From the NCBI GenBank assembly GCA_023379345.1, contig JAMCUV010000104.1, positions 1 to 55,022 on the forward strand: 55,022 nucleotides of DNA, given 5' to 3'. Position 1 is the first letter of the stretch. Every line of letters starts with the position of its first letter. Below the pieces are notes generated by a model. The model did not search any database. It was not told where the DNA came from and saw only the letters and a program-made list of their open reading frames with translations. The position numbers and the translations under genes are program-made. Origin of the DNA: Thermoplasmatota archaeon. Lineage in GTDB: Archaea > Thermoplasmatota > Thermoplasmata > Thermoplasmatales > Thermoplasmataceae. Positions 19,717 to 29,519 of the stretch are shown here, piece after piece.

Positions 19717-20694
19717 ATGGCTAAATTTCTTCAGAGCGTGATTGATGCTTCCAGGCCCAAACCACATGTCAGTGGCGTGACAATGGTTCTTGATCGGGTT
19801 TCCGGCGGCCTCGGTCCTGTGGCAAGATCGCTCTCCGAGTTCATTGATGTCGTCAAGATCGGCTGGGGCATCCCATTTCTGATTGACGCAGACGAGCTGG
19901 AGGGATGGGTCAGGGGCTGGACCTCCCTGGGGGTAAGTGTATCCAATGGAGGGACCCTGCTTGAATACTGCACGACCAAGAGGAAGCAGGAGACGTGCAT
20001 ACGTGAACTATCCAGGACAGGCTTCGGGACCCTTGAGATTAGCGAAGGGCTCATTGAGATTCCGAGAACAGAGAAAAGAGGCATGGTGGAACTTGCCAGA
20101 TCCCTGGGAATGCGTGTGCACATAGAAGTAGGAAAGAAAGACTCCAGAAATCAACTGACCCTGAAAGCGACACTTGACAGGCTCCACGTGGCCATTGATC
20201 TTGATCCGGACATCGCGATTGTGGAGGGACGGGAATCGGGGAGAAGCGTCGCAATTTATGATGACGCAGGGGGAATAAAGTGGGACTGGGTCGATGCCAT
20301 TGTATCGGAATTCGGGCTTGGAAAGATCATGTTCGAAGCGCCACAGGAAATGCAGCAGACCAACCTAATCCTGAGACTTGGAAGTGAGGTGAATTTGGGT
20401 AACGTGGGTGTCGGAAGCGTTGCTGCCTTGGAGACACAGCGTCAGAGCCTCCGGGGGGATACATTCGGGATCCACTCAGTACTTCCTGACATAAATGGAG
20501 GACCTTCTTCCCGTTTTGTCTATTACATCATAAGCTCCCATGGCACCGTTGATCAGGAGAGAGTCATGAAACTGACCGGCCTCAACCGGAGGACAACACA
20601 GAATTCGCTTTCGTCCCTCATCAGGCAGGGTCTCATCCGGGAGACAAGAGACATGACTGACATGAGGAAGAAGCTGTATTCACTAAATTCATAG
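19717..20694 (+). CDS. comA: Phosphosulfolactate synthase (ComA family) fused to a C-terminal winged-helix domain
   Basis: Residues 1 to about 250 align by eye with methanogen ComA (VTMVLD, VKIGWG, IVEGRESG, IMFEAPQ, LRGDTFG). The last 70 aa or so (VDQERVMKLTGLNRRTTQNSLSSLIRQGLIRE...KKLYSL) look like a MarR/TrmB-type wHTH. Confidence 0.85.
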   Translation: MAKFLQSVIDASRPKPHVSGVTMVLDRVSGGLGPVARSLSEFIDVVKIGWGIPFLIDADELEGWVRGWTSLGVSVSNGGTLLEYCTTKRKQETCIRELSRTGFGTLEISEGLIEIPRTEKRGMVELARSLGMRVHIEVGKKDSRNQLTLKATLDRLHVAIDLDPDIAIVEGRESGRSVAIYDDAGGIKWDWVDAIVSEFGLGKIMFEAPQEMQQTNLILRLGSEVNLGNVGVGSVAALETQRQSLRGDTFGIHSVLPDINGGPSSRFVYYIISSHGTVDQERVMKLTGLNRRTTQNSLSSLIRQGLIRETRDMTDMRKKLYSLNS

Positions 20695-20732
20695 GACTAT
20701 CCCCATGAAAACGCCCCCTTAGAGGGTTCCAG

Positions 20733-21593
20733 TCACCTGTTGCTAAGAAATACGCCAAATGAAATTACGGCAAAACCGGATGCCGTGAGCAGGCTTATTC
20801 TCTCGCCAAGTAAGATGCTGCTGAACACAACTGATATCGCTGGAATTATGAAGAAATAAGGGGAAATTTTAGAGATGGAATAATTTCTGAAAAGGATCAG
20901 GTATATGAGGTAAGGAACATAGGTCCCAACAAGGCCAAGATAAAGTCCCACACCAATGAATTCCGGGGTCAGGCCGGAGAACGGGGATCCTCCCACAACG
21001 TATGTCAGCACTAGGATTACGGGAAGTGAGTATGCGTACTGCAGGACGTTAATCGTCCTGACATCTATGTGTGCGGTCTTTTTCTTGAAAACCGCGGTGC
21101 CAGCGGCCCAGCTCAACGCACTGACAATGAGAAGCACAACTCCAAGATAACCATTGAGATAGACATTAGCTGAAGCAACCATTATTACGCCAATGAATCC
21201 TATGATCATGCCGGCAATGGTGCCTTTGCCTGGCTTCTCTCTAATGAATATAACAGAAAGTAGCACGTTGAAGAGAGGGTATGTGTATACCAGAATGGAG
21301 CTCAGGCTGGCACTGACCATGCTTTCGCCAATGAACCATAATCCCATGAAGCCCACTATATTGAGCATGGAAACAAGCAGCACCACGACATTATCCCCAT
21401 GTCTCACTGGGAATTCTTTCAGCTTGAAGACGAGAAAGGGGAATGAGGATACCAGTGCGAAAAGGATCCTGTAAAAAAGGACCACCAATGGCGGCTCCAT
21501 GGTAAATGCGATCTTTAGAATGGGGTAGTTCAGGGCATATGAACATGCCATAAAGAGGAAGAGGAGAGTTGCTTCCGAATCCTTCAAGTCCAT
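20733..21593 (-). CDS. EamA/DMT superfamily transporter
   Basis: 286 aa with ten hydrophobic helices arranged as two EamA-like halves. Confidence 0.8.
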   Translation of the reverse strand: MDLKDSEATLLFLFMACSYALNYPILKIAFTMEPPLVVLFYRILFALVSSFPFLVFKLKEFPVRHGDNVVVLLVSMLNIVGFMGLWFIGESMVSASLSSILVYTYPLFNVLLSVIFIREKPGKGTIAGMIIGFIGVIMVASANVYLNGYLGVVLLIVSALSWAAGTAVFKKKTAHIDVRTINVLQYAYSLPVILVLTYVVGGSPFSGLTPEFIGVGLYLGLVGTYVPYLIYLILFRNYSISKISPYFFIIPAISVVFSSILLGERISLLTASGFAVISFGVFLSNR

Positions 21594-21706
21594 TCCTCAA
21601 TCTCTTCGCCATATTATATTCCACTTGAGCGGGGAGTCTTTGCAACCCGGTGGCATGGAAATGTGCGTTAATTCGAAATGACATTTGCATCGTAACGCTT
21701 TGGGTT

Positions 21707-21724
21707 AACAGGTTCGAACCTGTT
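21707..21724. repeat. Perfect 18-bp palindrome AACAGGTTCGAACCTGTT
   Basis: Read directly from the sequence. It lies in a 664-bp non-coding gap upstream of the EamA gene. Confidence 0.6.
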
Positions 21725-22257
21725 CACAGCGATCTGTGTTACCGGTGTCATTGGCTTTTCCGTCACCCCTGCAGTCATCAGTTGCGGGAGTTACAGCGAT
21801 CGCAAGGATGGAAATTGTAACAAAATCTGCACCTGAACTCCAATATTAACTGGTGGCATGACGTTCAGTCCCATGGCCCCAGGTCCCGCTATGCCAAGCA
21901 CTGGGTTAGCAAAATCCCTGCCTATCCCAGTCGGTGAATTTTAAAACGTGTAGTAAAATATTAACACCTGCATCATATGATATCCATTGGGTAGAAGACG
22001 TACACACTCATAGCATATTGGTTCTGCGACGTGCCTATATTGAACTGAATGTGCTCGTTCGGGTGCAGAGAGACGCGTTGTACATCAGGTCGTTCCTCCT
22101 CTTTGTAACATCTCGCCAGGGATTGCTTCTTCCCTCGTGAACCGGGAGATAGAATTACAAGTCCTTTCCGTCCAACAGACATTGAGATCATCATTCATTG
22201 CAAGGGGTATCTTCTGGGCAAAATAGGAATACATAGAACAGATTCGCCTATTGCAAG

Positions 22258-24093
22258 ATGAGGCTGAAACAGTCTTCGCTGGATCTCTATTCATTTGTCT
22301 CCGTATATAGCTCTGAAATTGCAGGCAGTTTTATCAAGAAGATCCATCAGGTAGGAGCCAAATCATTCATATTCCAGATTTACCGTAGCGACACAAAGAG
22401 AAGGAACCTATATGTGTCCCTGGAAAGAGGGGTGGCCTTCATGGACGCTGATCAGGGCAGGGAGCCTGGAATGCTCGCCCTTACATTGAGGAAGATGCTC
22501 TCCGAGAGGAAGATCGAGGAGATCAGGCAGCACTCCTTCGACAGGGTGCTCATCCTGAAGCTATATGGAGGACAGCAGCTGATCCTGGAAATGTTCAGGG
22601 AGGGCAACCTGATCATAACACAGGATCAGGTCATCACTTTTGTCCTGAACCCGAGGGAATGGAAGAACCGGAAACTGATCAAGGGGGAGAAATACGTTCC
22701 TCCGGTTTCCATCAACCCCTTTGAACTCACTTCGGAGGATGCGTCAGCCATTCTTTCGGGAAGCACGGGAACCATAGTCCAAACCATTGCCACGAGAATG
22801 AACACGGGAGGAGACCTGGCCGAGGAGATATGCTTCAGAATAGGCGTGGGAAAAGATATCAAGGCTGTGGACGTCTCCGATCGTGCAGTTGAAATACTGC
22901 GTTCTTTCCATGAAATTGCAGACGAGGCAGGAGCAGGCAGGGCGTATTATTACGATGAAGAGCAGGTCCTGTCCCCGGTAACCATGAGGTCTCTTAGGAA
23001 AGACCCGGACAGAATATTTGATGATCTGGGCGAGGGGCTCTCCTTCTATTTTGCCAAGTATCCAGAGACCACCATGCAGGAGAAGCCACTGGCGAGGAGA
23101 ATAGAGTCTCAGCGGAGAAGCATAGAGGAGTTCATGAGACACTCCGCAGTCATGAAAGCCCTCGGTCAGGAGATCATCTCCCAGCTGCCATATTATGGCG
23201 GTATGCTGAAAGCTCTCAGGGAGGGCATAAAGTCCGGGACACTCAAGCCCGGGGAGACAATCGACGGGATGCCAATAAAGAGCATTGACTACGACCGCGG
23301 GAAGGTGTATCTGCAGAAGGGGGAGGCTGAACTTCCGCTGAACGTCGCCAGAACCGCAGGAGAGAATGCCAGCGATCTGTTCTCCATTTCCAAGGAATAC
23401 GTGGAGAAGGCGCATGGAGCGGAGGTCGCGCTGGTAGAATCTGAAAGACTGCTGGAACATTCAGAAAAACAGGCTAGGCCAAAACGGAGACAGAAGAACT
23501 GGTTTGAGGTATACCACTGGTATATGACTGCGGACGGCCAACTGGTGCTGGCTGGGAGAGACAGAAAGACCAATGAGAATCTCGTCAAAAAGCACCTGGA
23601 GCATAACGATCTCTACGTGCATGCGGACCTGTACGGTGCCCCGAGTACCGTGGTTAAGCGTTCGACTTCCGGAGAGATAAATGAGGAATCCGTCAGGCAG
23701 GTGTGCACGTTTGCAATCTCCTTTTCCAGGGCATGGGCTGCAGGGATTGCATCTGGCTCGGCATACTGGGTGTTTCCGGAACAGGTGAGCAAGACCGCTG
23801 AATCCGGAGAGTATGTCTCCAAGGGTGCATGGATAATCAGGGGAAAGAGGAATTACGTGTTCAATCTCAGAATGGAGCTTGAGATAGGACTCTACCAGTA
23901 CGGGGACGCAGTAATTCCCATGATCTCTCCGGTGGGCATACCCAGAAACGTTGAAACCAAACTTGTGAGGATAGCCCCTGGAGACACGAAGCGCCTGTCG
24001 GTTGCGAGAAGGATAGCAGAAATCCTTGCTGTGGATGTGGAGGAGATAGAGTCCATCCTCCCCCCGGGAAATTCAAGGCTACTGGAACCCTAA
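22258..24093 (+). CDS. NFACT family protein (Rqc2/RqcH-like ribosome quality control factor)
   Basis: 611 aa. Has an N-terminal FbpA/NFACT-N-like region, a coiled-coil middle, and an NFACT-R (DUF814) signature: WFEVYHWYMTADGQLVLAGRDRKTNENLVKKHL...VHADLYGAPSTVVK. Confidence 0.85.
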   Translation: MRLKQSSLDLYSFVSVYSSEIAGSFIKKIHQVGAKSFIFQIYRSDTKRRNLYVSLERGVAFMDADQGREPGMLALTLRKMLSERKIEEIRQHSFDRVLILKLYGGQQLILEMFREGNLIITQDQVITFVLNPREWKNRKLIKGEKYVPPVSINPFELTSEDASAILSGSTGTIVQTIATRMNTGGDLAEEICFRIGVGKDIKAVDVSDRAVEILRSFHEIADEAGAGRAYYYDEEQVLSPVTMRSLRKDPDRIFDDLGEGLSFYFAKYPETTMQEKPLARRIESQRRSIEEFMRHSAVMKALGQEIISQLPYYGGMLKALREGIKSGTLKPGETIDGMPIKSIDYDRGKVYLQKGEAELPLNVARTAGENASDLFSISKEYVEKAHGAEVALVESERLLEHSEKQARPKRRQKNWFEVYHWYMTADGQLVLAGRDRKTNENLVKKHLEHNDLYVHADLYGAPSTVVKRSTSGEINEESVRQVCTFAISFSRAWAAGIASGSAYWVFPEQVSKTAESGEYVSKGAWIIRGKRNYVFNLRMELEIGLYQYGDAVIPMISPVGIPRNVETKLVRIAPGDTKRLSVARRIAEILAVDVEEIESILPPGNSRLLEP

Positions 24094-25016
24094 TTCTTAA
24101 CTCTCCGCTTCAGTTCGGTGATTTCGCTAACGTCTACGGGATCGATCCCCCTCTCCAGTGCCAGGTAATAGGACAGATAGTCGCCAAAATGGATCAGGTA
24201 AAACAGTCTGGCCAGCAGGGATTTCCCTCGTGGCCGTATGAGAGTGAAATCTGTTTCAGTAATCTCAGAGATGGCCTTTATTCTCTCCGACACAAACCGG
24301 TTCTCAACGGGGTCGAACGCGATGAAACTGATCTTGTCCCTGAGAAAGGTACGACGCAAAGCCACTATGTCGTTGTGGGCCATTTCTGGGAAATATCCGC
24401 TGTAAGCAAGACACTTTGAGTTCTCGTTGAACTGGGTTTTCCACCTGTATGCAATGGATCGGAACGGCCAGAAACCATATATGAAGGGAATGCTGCCTTT
24501 CTCGTTCAGGGCTTCAGCCATCTTCCTGATGTCAGAATTGTTGCTGTCCATGGCAGCAAGGATGTCACGGGTCTCGTTGTAATCGGAATTTCCAAAGGAC
24601 ATAAATGTCCTGAAGAGCGGGATCAGAAGATAGCCAAGTGAGGATCTGGGCTGAAGACCCGCCGGCACGATGAGCGGGTTATATGACTCGGAGCCCAGGA
24701 TTCCACCCGAGGTAATGGTTCTTATATGGGCCCCGTTTCTGGCGCACTCTGCAAGAGCATCGACAGTTTCCACAGTATTTCCCGAGTAACTTATGCCTAT
24801 GGCAAGGGTGGTGCCATTGACAAAATTGGGGACATTCCTGTCATTGACAGTTATGACGGGCATATCACTGTATATTTCCTGAAAAATATTCCCCACCAGA
24901 CCAGACGCACCCATTCCAAAAATAAGGATCCTGTCGAAATCATTGTCGTTGGGAAACACATCAAGCTTCTGCTTGAACGTGATCTGCCCTGCCAGACTTC
25001 TGAGCTCTTCTATCAT
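24090..25016 (-). CDS. Bifunctional phosphoglucose/phosphomannose isomerase (SIS domain)
   Basis: 308 aa with ILIFGMGASG and ISYSGNTVET SIS motifs. Its size matches the archaeal PGI/PMI family. Confidence 0.8.
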   Translation of the reverse strand: MIEELRSLAGQITFKQKLDVFPNDNDFDRILIFGMGASGLVGNIFQEIYSDMPVITVNDRNVPNFVNGTTLAIGISYSGNTVETVDALAECARNGAHIRTITSGGILGSESYNPLIVPAGLQPRSSLGYLLIPLFRTFMSFGNSDYNETRDILAAMDSNNSDIRKMAEALNEKGSIPFIYGFWPFRSIAYRWKTQFNENSKCLAYSGYFPEMAHNDIVALRRTFLRDKISFIAFDPVENRFVSERIKAISEITETDFTLIRPRGKSLLARLFYLIHFGDYLSYYLALERGIDPVDVSEITELKRRVKN

Positions 25017-25096
25017 AATGCAGCAGCACGATGCCGCTCATAAAATTTACACAGGCAGTAAACGTTCTTACTATTTCAGTATCAGCGGCCCCTCAC

Positions 25097-25900
25097 TCAT
25101 TGAGATTTACGGGGCAATTCCCCATGCCCCAGGAGCATCCCGAAATATCCGGCAACGTAGTAATAGTCAAACTTAGTCCTGATCCCCGATTCACTGAGGA
25201 AACCATGAAGGATCAGCATGTTCCAGTAACTGTCAGGTTTTGCGCGGGTAATGGTCTCTTCGCTCAATTCTAAAAGGGGGGAGAGATTGGAGTTCTTCAC
25301 GGACTCCGTTATGAGAGAATCATAGTATGCTGCATCTGGTGAATACCCATAAGGCCCACTGGAGGAATGAGTGTGTGCTTGATCCGCACTGATGATCACA
25401 GACACTTTTTGATCATACCCCTGAACGGCCCTGAATAACATTCTCCCAAAATGTACCAGTGAGTCTCTTCTCTGGACCCTTGGCTGCCCCATCATTGAGA
25501 TCTTCCTCTTTCCAAAGAAACGAAGCGGTATGGCAGTACCGAAATCCATTGGAAATATGGAATTTGGACCGGAGGACGTGATCAATGATGCGGCCTCCGT
25601 GAATCCAGGATCAAGGCGGAGAATGCTCTCGGAGAGCGCCCTGTCGCTCTCATAGGTTCTCCTGAGGACCCCAGTTTTAAGCCTGTAACTGACCTTAAGG
25701 TAGCTTGACATGATAACGGACACATTCTTGCTCAGCGAGAGAGAATGAGGAGATATGATGGCCACAGAATCCGATACGTCTGTGCTGCAGACCTGCATGA
25801 TCTTATCCGCCATCACCCGGCTGCTTTCGTCCGGGAGGTCAATTATCTCATCGCCATGCGGTATCAAGTAGAGCCCGGCAAGTGACACTAACGATCGCAT
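25097..25900 (-). CDS. LigB-superfamily (class III extradiol dioxygenase-like) protein
   Basis: 267 aa with YLIPHGDEI, IISPHS and SADQAHTH His-rich motifs like LigB/DODA-type folds. The call is tentative. Confidence 0.45.
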   Translation of the reverse strand: MRSLVSLAGLYLIPHGDEIIDLPDESSRVMADKIMQVCSTDVSDSVAIISPHSLSLSKNVSVIMSSYLKVSYRLKTGVLRRTYESDRALSESILRLDPGFTEAASLITSSGPNSIFPMDFGTAIPLRFFGKRKISMMGQPRVQRRDSLVHFGRMLFRAVQGYDQKVSVIISADQAHTHSSSGPYGYSPDAAYYDSLITESVKNSNLSPLLELSEETITRAKPDSYWNMLILHGFLSESGIRTKFDYYYVAGYFGMLLGHGELPRKSQ

Positions 25901-26515
25901 GCCCTCTCTGGTTATATAACCTGTACCTTGCAGAAAACAATAACGGATGAGGGGATTTGTCCGATCCTGTCATAACCGATTTTGTCCACCACTGGAACAG
26001 TAAAGCACTTTTCTGGAGACTCACATACTCTCCATCCTGAAGGATGTGAGGCTCTCACTTTTTGTTCTGTTTTCGCCTGGACCTTTCAGGTGCAGATGGT
26101 TTTGCCAGAACGTGTGGAGAAATTTTGACTTCATTCCAGTTCTGAAGGTTGCATACATGTCTCCATGCGCGCAATCTGGATGTGCCCGCAGTGCATTGCC
26201 CTGCTCAGAATGGAGAACTAAAACTCAACCTCCGAATTTTCTGGCTTGCACATTACATCCATGATACTGGCATTTCAAGGCTTTGGTGACTACCTGATGG
26301 AAGTGCCATAATTATGTAAACTTGTGAGCGTGATGTGGTTGACGCTCTCAGAATATTTGCATGGCTTCCGTATATTTTGCCTCATTTTTTTCTTTGGCTC
26401 TCAACTGTGGACATTCATGGGAACGGTCTTCTTCAATGTGACCCAAGGAATCCCTGACTTATATGATCCACTGCAGAACATTTCACTTATTATATCCACG
26501 TAGGATACGGGAGAT

Positions 26516-26629
26516 ATGATGTGCCAGAATTGCAGAAAAGAAGCAACTCCTGAAGAGATTGAAGAAAATGAGGGAAACTGCCCTTACTGCGATGAGCCTT
26601 TTGTAGATTACGTGCCTGATTTGAAATAA
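26516..26629 (+). CDS. Zinc-ribbon miniprotein (37 aa)
   Basis: MMCQNCRKEATPEEIEENEGNCPYCDEPFVDYVPDLK has CxxC-N15-CxxC spacing and is preceded by a purine-rich GGGAGAT. It is below the 60-aa cutoff of the ORF track. Confidence 0.5.
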   Translation: MMCQNCRKEATPEEIEENEGNCPYCDEPFVDYVPDLK

Positions 26630-26723
26630 CGTTCCCCTGCACTCTAGGGGATGATCCGGCACCATTCACCTTAGCTCCTTTGAGCCAGACATAAATAAAT
26701 AATTCCCGTGGTGATTACATCGC

Positions 26724-27179
26724 ATGACCATAGTAAAACTGGAAACTACCATGGGCGATATACGGCTGGAAATCAACGACAGGGAAATGCCCATAACCGG
26801 AGGTAATTTTCTGAAGCTGGTTAAGAGCGGGTTGTATAATGGCACCATATTTCACAGAGTGATACCAGATTTCATGATCCAGGGCGGCGATCCCAAGGGA
26901 GATGGCACGGGCGGACCGGGATACGTGATCAAGGATGAGTTCACCAAGTCTAACAGGAATAGCCGGGGAACCATATCCATGGCCAATGCCGGTCCAAACA
27001 CAGGTGGCAGCCAGTTCTTCATAAACACGGTAAACAACAACTATCTGGACACGAAGCACCCGGTCTTCGGTAAGGTTGTCTCAGGCATGGAAGTGGTGGA
27101 CGCTATAAGTAAAGTGCCCACAGACAGGAATGACAGGCCCCGTACCCCGGTCAGGATTAACAGAGCCTCCGTCGAGTAG
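26724..27179 (+). CDS. Peptidyl-prolyl cis-trans isomerase (cyclophilin type)
   Basis: 151 aa with [15 protein letters not shown] and [11 protein letters not shown] motifs. Confidence 0.93.
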   Translation: MTIVKLETTMGDIRLEINDREMPITGGNFLKLVKSGLYNGTIFHRVIPDFMIQGGDPKGDGTGGPGYVIKDEFTKSNRNSRGTISMANAGPNTGGSQFFINTVNNNYLDTKHPVFGKVVSGMEVVDAISKVPTDRNDRPRTPVRINRASVE

Positions 27180-27215
27180 GCTCTTAATTCAATTTTCCTG
27201 TACCCGCCTGCGATC

Positions 27216-29519
27216 CTAGACCAGATCGTCCAGCCCGTGATCCCATCTATTTCTGGCTTCTTCAATATCTACGTCGGCCAGAAGCAGCGATAGATCGGTG
27301 AATTTGATTCGTTTCCCTCCTGTTCGACCTATGGTTGTTAGCTGAACGTCCCTGAATGTGGATTTGAGTCTTTCCAGCAATTCTTCCCTCACCTCCAGAA
27401 GGATGCAGTTACCGGACTCTGAAAACATCTTCACCAGGCTTCTGGAACTCGAGATGTCTGTAAGATCAATGTCAACCCCTACGGATCTTCCAAGCGACAT
27501 CTCCATGGCAGACATAACAATCCCTCCCTGTGTAACATCATGGGCGGAAAGGATCAGCTTATTCTCTGCTGCCTCAAGCATCGCTGCTCTAAGCTTCTGC
27601 AGCTCATCCAGATCCACGTCAGGATGCGAGGAGCACCCCTTCTTCACATGATCGAGGAGCATGCTTCCGCATAATCCTGGAGTCTGCCTGCCTGCAAGCA
27701 CAACTATGCTTCCGTGCTCCATGAAATGATTCGGTATGGCATTCCCGGCATCATTGATGATCCCCGCTATGAGTATGGTTGGAGTGGGGGCGATATTATT
27801 GCCTCCAGACCGGTTATAAAAACTCACGTTGCCCGCCACAACAGGAATACCAAGCTTCCTGCAGAAGTCCCCAATCGCCCTGACAGATTCAATGAACTGC
27901 CCCATAACCATGGGATCCTCAGGGTCGCCAAAATTGAGCGAATCGACCAGAGAATGGGGATCCCCTCCCGAACAGAGGATGTTCCTGAACCCTTCTGACA
28001 GCGCTAACAGAGTGCCCCTGTAAGGGTCCACTGCGCAATGCGCCGGTAGCGATCCCGACGTGATGCATATCCCCTTGTTCGAGCCAGAAACGGGCATGAC
28101 AATAGCTGAGTCCGAGTGTGTTTCAATATTGGGCAAACCAGTAAGCGGGGCCTTGTAGGTGCTTCCCATCACTGTATAGTCATACTGTCTCACGATTCTC
28201 TGCCTTGAGCAGCCCGCAGGGGAACCTGCAAGCTCCAAAATCAGATCGTCGTATCTCTTCATCTCCCTTGGAAGCACAAGGTCTCTTGGAACGTTTTCCG
28301 GCACAAGGAAGTGTCTTGCATAGAGAGGGCCGGAAGTCATAAAGTTGAGATCAAGATCCAGAACAGTCTTCCCCTCAAACTCGATCTTGAGGTTGTTCCC
28401 CTCCACCACCCTTCCAATCACTGAGCTCTCCACGTCCCAGGCATCCGTTATGGATACCAGCGCGGAAAGGTCTTTTTCGTCTATTCCCAGAAGCATTCTC
28501 TCCTGGCTCTCGCTTATCCATATCTCCCATGGTTCCATTCTCTCTTCCTTGAGTTTGACCCCGGTAAGATCAATTTCACCGCCAAGACCACCTCCCAGGC
28601 AAAATTCACCAACTGCACTGGACAGGCCACCGCCTCCAAGGTCCTTCATGCCTAATATGAGTCCCCTGTCGTTGGCTTCAAGGATGGCGTGGATGAGGGG
28701 TTCCTTTATAATGGGGTTCCCCAGCTGCACAGATCTTGCATTCTCCTTGTCTCCTGCCTTTATGGATCGGGAAGCGAACGTCACACCATGTATGCCGTCT
28801 CTTCCTGTACGACCTCCCACGAGTAAAAGCAGAGTTCCCGGCTTCGTTACAAAACTTCTCCGGATATCGCTCCTCTTGGCTATGCCCAGGCATCCCGCGT
28901 TAACCAGAGGGTTGCTGTTGTATGACTCGTGGAAGTCCACTGATCCGGACACATTGGGGATCCCGACCCTGTTGCCGTAGTCTCTGATCCCGCCCACGAT
29001 TCCTCTCATCAGGAACCTTGTCGACAGCCTGTCCCCGGCTTCAAAGTCCGGTTTCCCGAAAAAGAGCGAATCCATGAGCGCAACTGGCTTGGCGCCCATG
29101 CAGAGCACGTCCCTTATGACGCCCCCTACGCCGGTGGCCGCTCCCCCGTATGGCTCCACAGCACTGGGATGATTGTGGCTCTCCATCTTTATAACGTATG
29201 CGTGATCGCTGTCGAATTCCACTACGCCCGCATCGTCTTCCATTGCGAGGATGGTGTAATCTGTCCGGAGGTTTCCAAGATATTTCTTCAGGTAGATCTT
29301 CGAGGACTTGTAGCTGCAGTGTTCGCTCCATGCCTGTGCCATTGCCTGAAGTTCCACATCAGTTGGTTCCCTCCCTATCCCCTTGAAGTACTCCTGAAGC
29401 CTTCTCATTTCCTCGATGTTCAGCGACAGCGAGTAGCGTTTACTCAATGAGATCAGCCTTCTTTCGTCGGCTTCCCTCAGCCTTACGCTCTTAACTCTGA
29501 ACTTCCTATCTGCCATCAT
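27216..29519 (-). CDS. purL: Phosphoribosylformylglycinamidine synthase subunit PurL
   Basis: 767 aa with the duplicated AIR-synthase-like PurM architecture, including ESHNHPSAVEPYGGAATG and DLGGGGLS. Confidence 0.95.
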   Translation of the reverse strand: MMADRKFRVKSVRLREADERRLISLSKRYSLSLNIEEMRRLQEYFKGIGREPTDVELQAMAQAWSEHCSYKSSKIYLKKYLGNLRTDYTILAMEDDAGVVEFDSDHAYVIKMESHNHPSAVEPYGGAATGVGGVIRDVLCMGAKPVALMDSLFFGKPDFEAGDRLSTRFLMRGIVGGIRDYGNRVGIPNVSGSVDFHESYNSNPLVNAGCLGIAKRSDIRRSFVTKPGTLLLLVGGRTGRDGIHGVTFASRSIKAGDKENARSVQLGNPIIKEPLIHAILEANDRGLILGMKDLGGGGLSSAVGEFCLGGGLGGEIDLTGVKLKEERMEPWEIWISESQERMLLGIDEKDLSALVSITDAWDVESSVIGRVVEGNNLKIEFEGKTVLDLDLNFMTSGPLYARHFLVPENVPRDLVLPREMKRYDDLILELAGSPAGCSRQRIVRQYDYTVMGSTYKAPLTGLPNIETHSDSAIVMPVSGSNKGICITSGSLPAHCAVDPYRGTLLALSEGFRNILCSGGDPHSLVDSLNFGDPEDPMVMGQFIESVRAIGDFCRKLGIPVVAGNVSFYNRSGGNNIAPTPTILIAGIINDAGNAIPNHFMEHGSIVVLAGRQTPGLCGSMLLDHVKKGCSSHPDVDLDELQKLRAAMLEAAENKLILSAHDVTQGGIVMSAMEMSLGRSVGVDIDLTDISSSRSLVKMFSESGNCILLEVREELLERLKSTFRDVQLTTIGRTGGKRIKFTDLSLLLADVDIEEARNRWDHGLDDLV

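Noticed and set aside
21707-21724. GGTTCGAACC-centred palindrome that resembles a tRNA T-arm
   Set aside because: The loop would be 6 nt rather than 7. No complementary acceptor strands, D arm or anticodon arm can be found on either side or strand.
21696-21830. Open plus-strand frame encoding ...NLFTAICVTGVIGFSVTPAVISCGSYSDRKDGNCNKICT, considered as a Cys-rich peptide
   Set aside because: There is no ATG, GTG or TTG start in frame after the upstream stop at 21693-21695.
26046-26665. Track ORFs 26046-26264 (+) and 26483-26665 (-)
   Set aside because: The translations are Cys/Trp/Arg-rich or otherwise implausible. The second is antisense to the much more convincing zinc-ribbon miniprotein.
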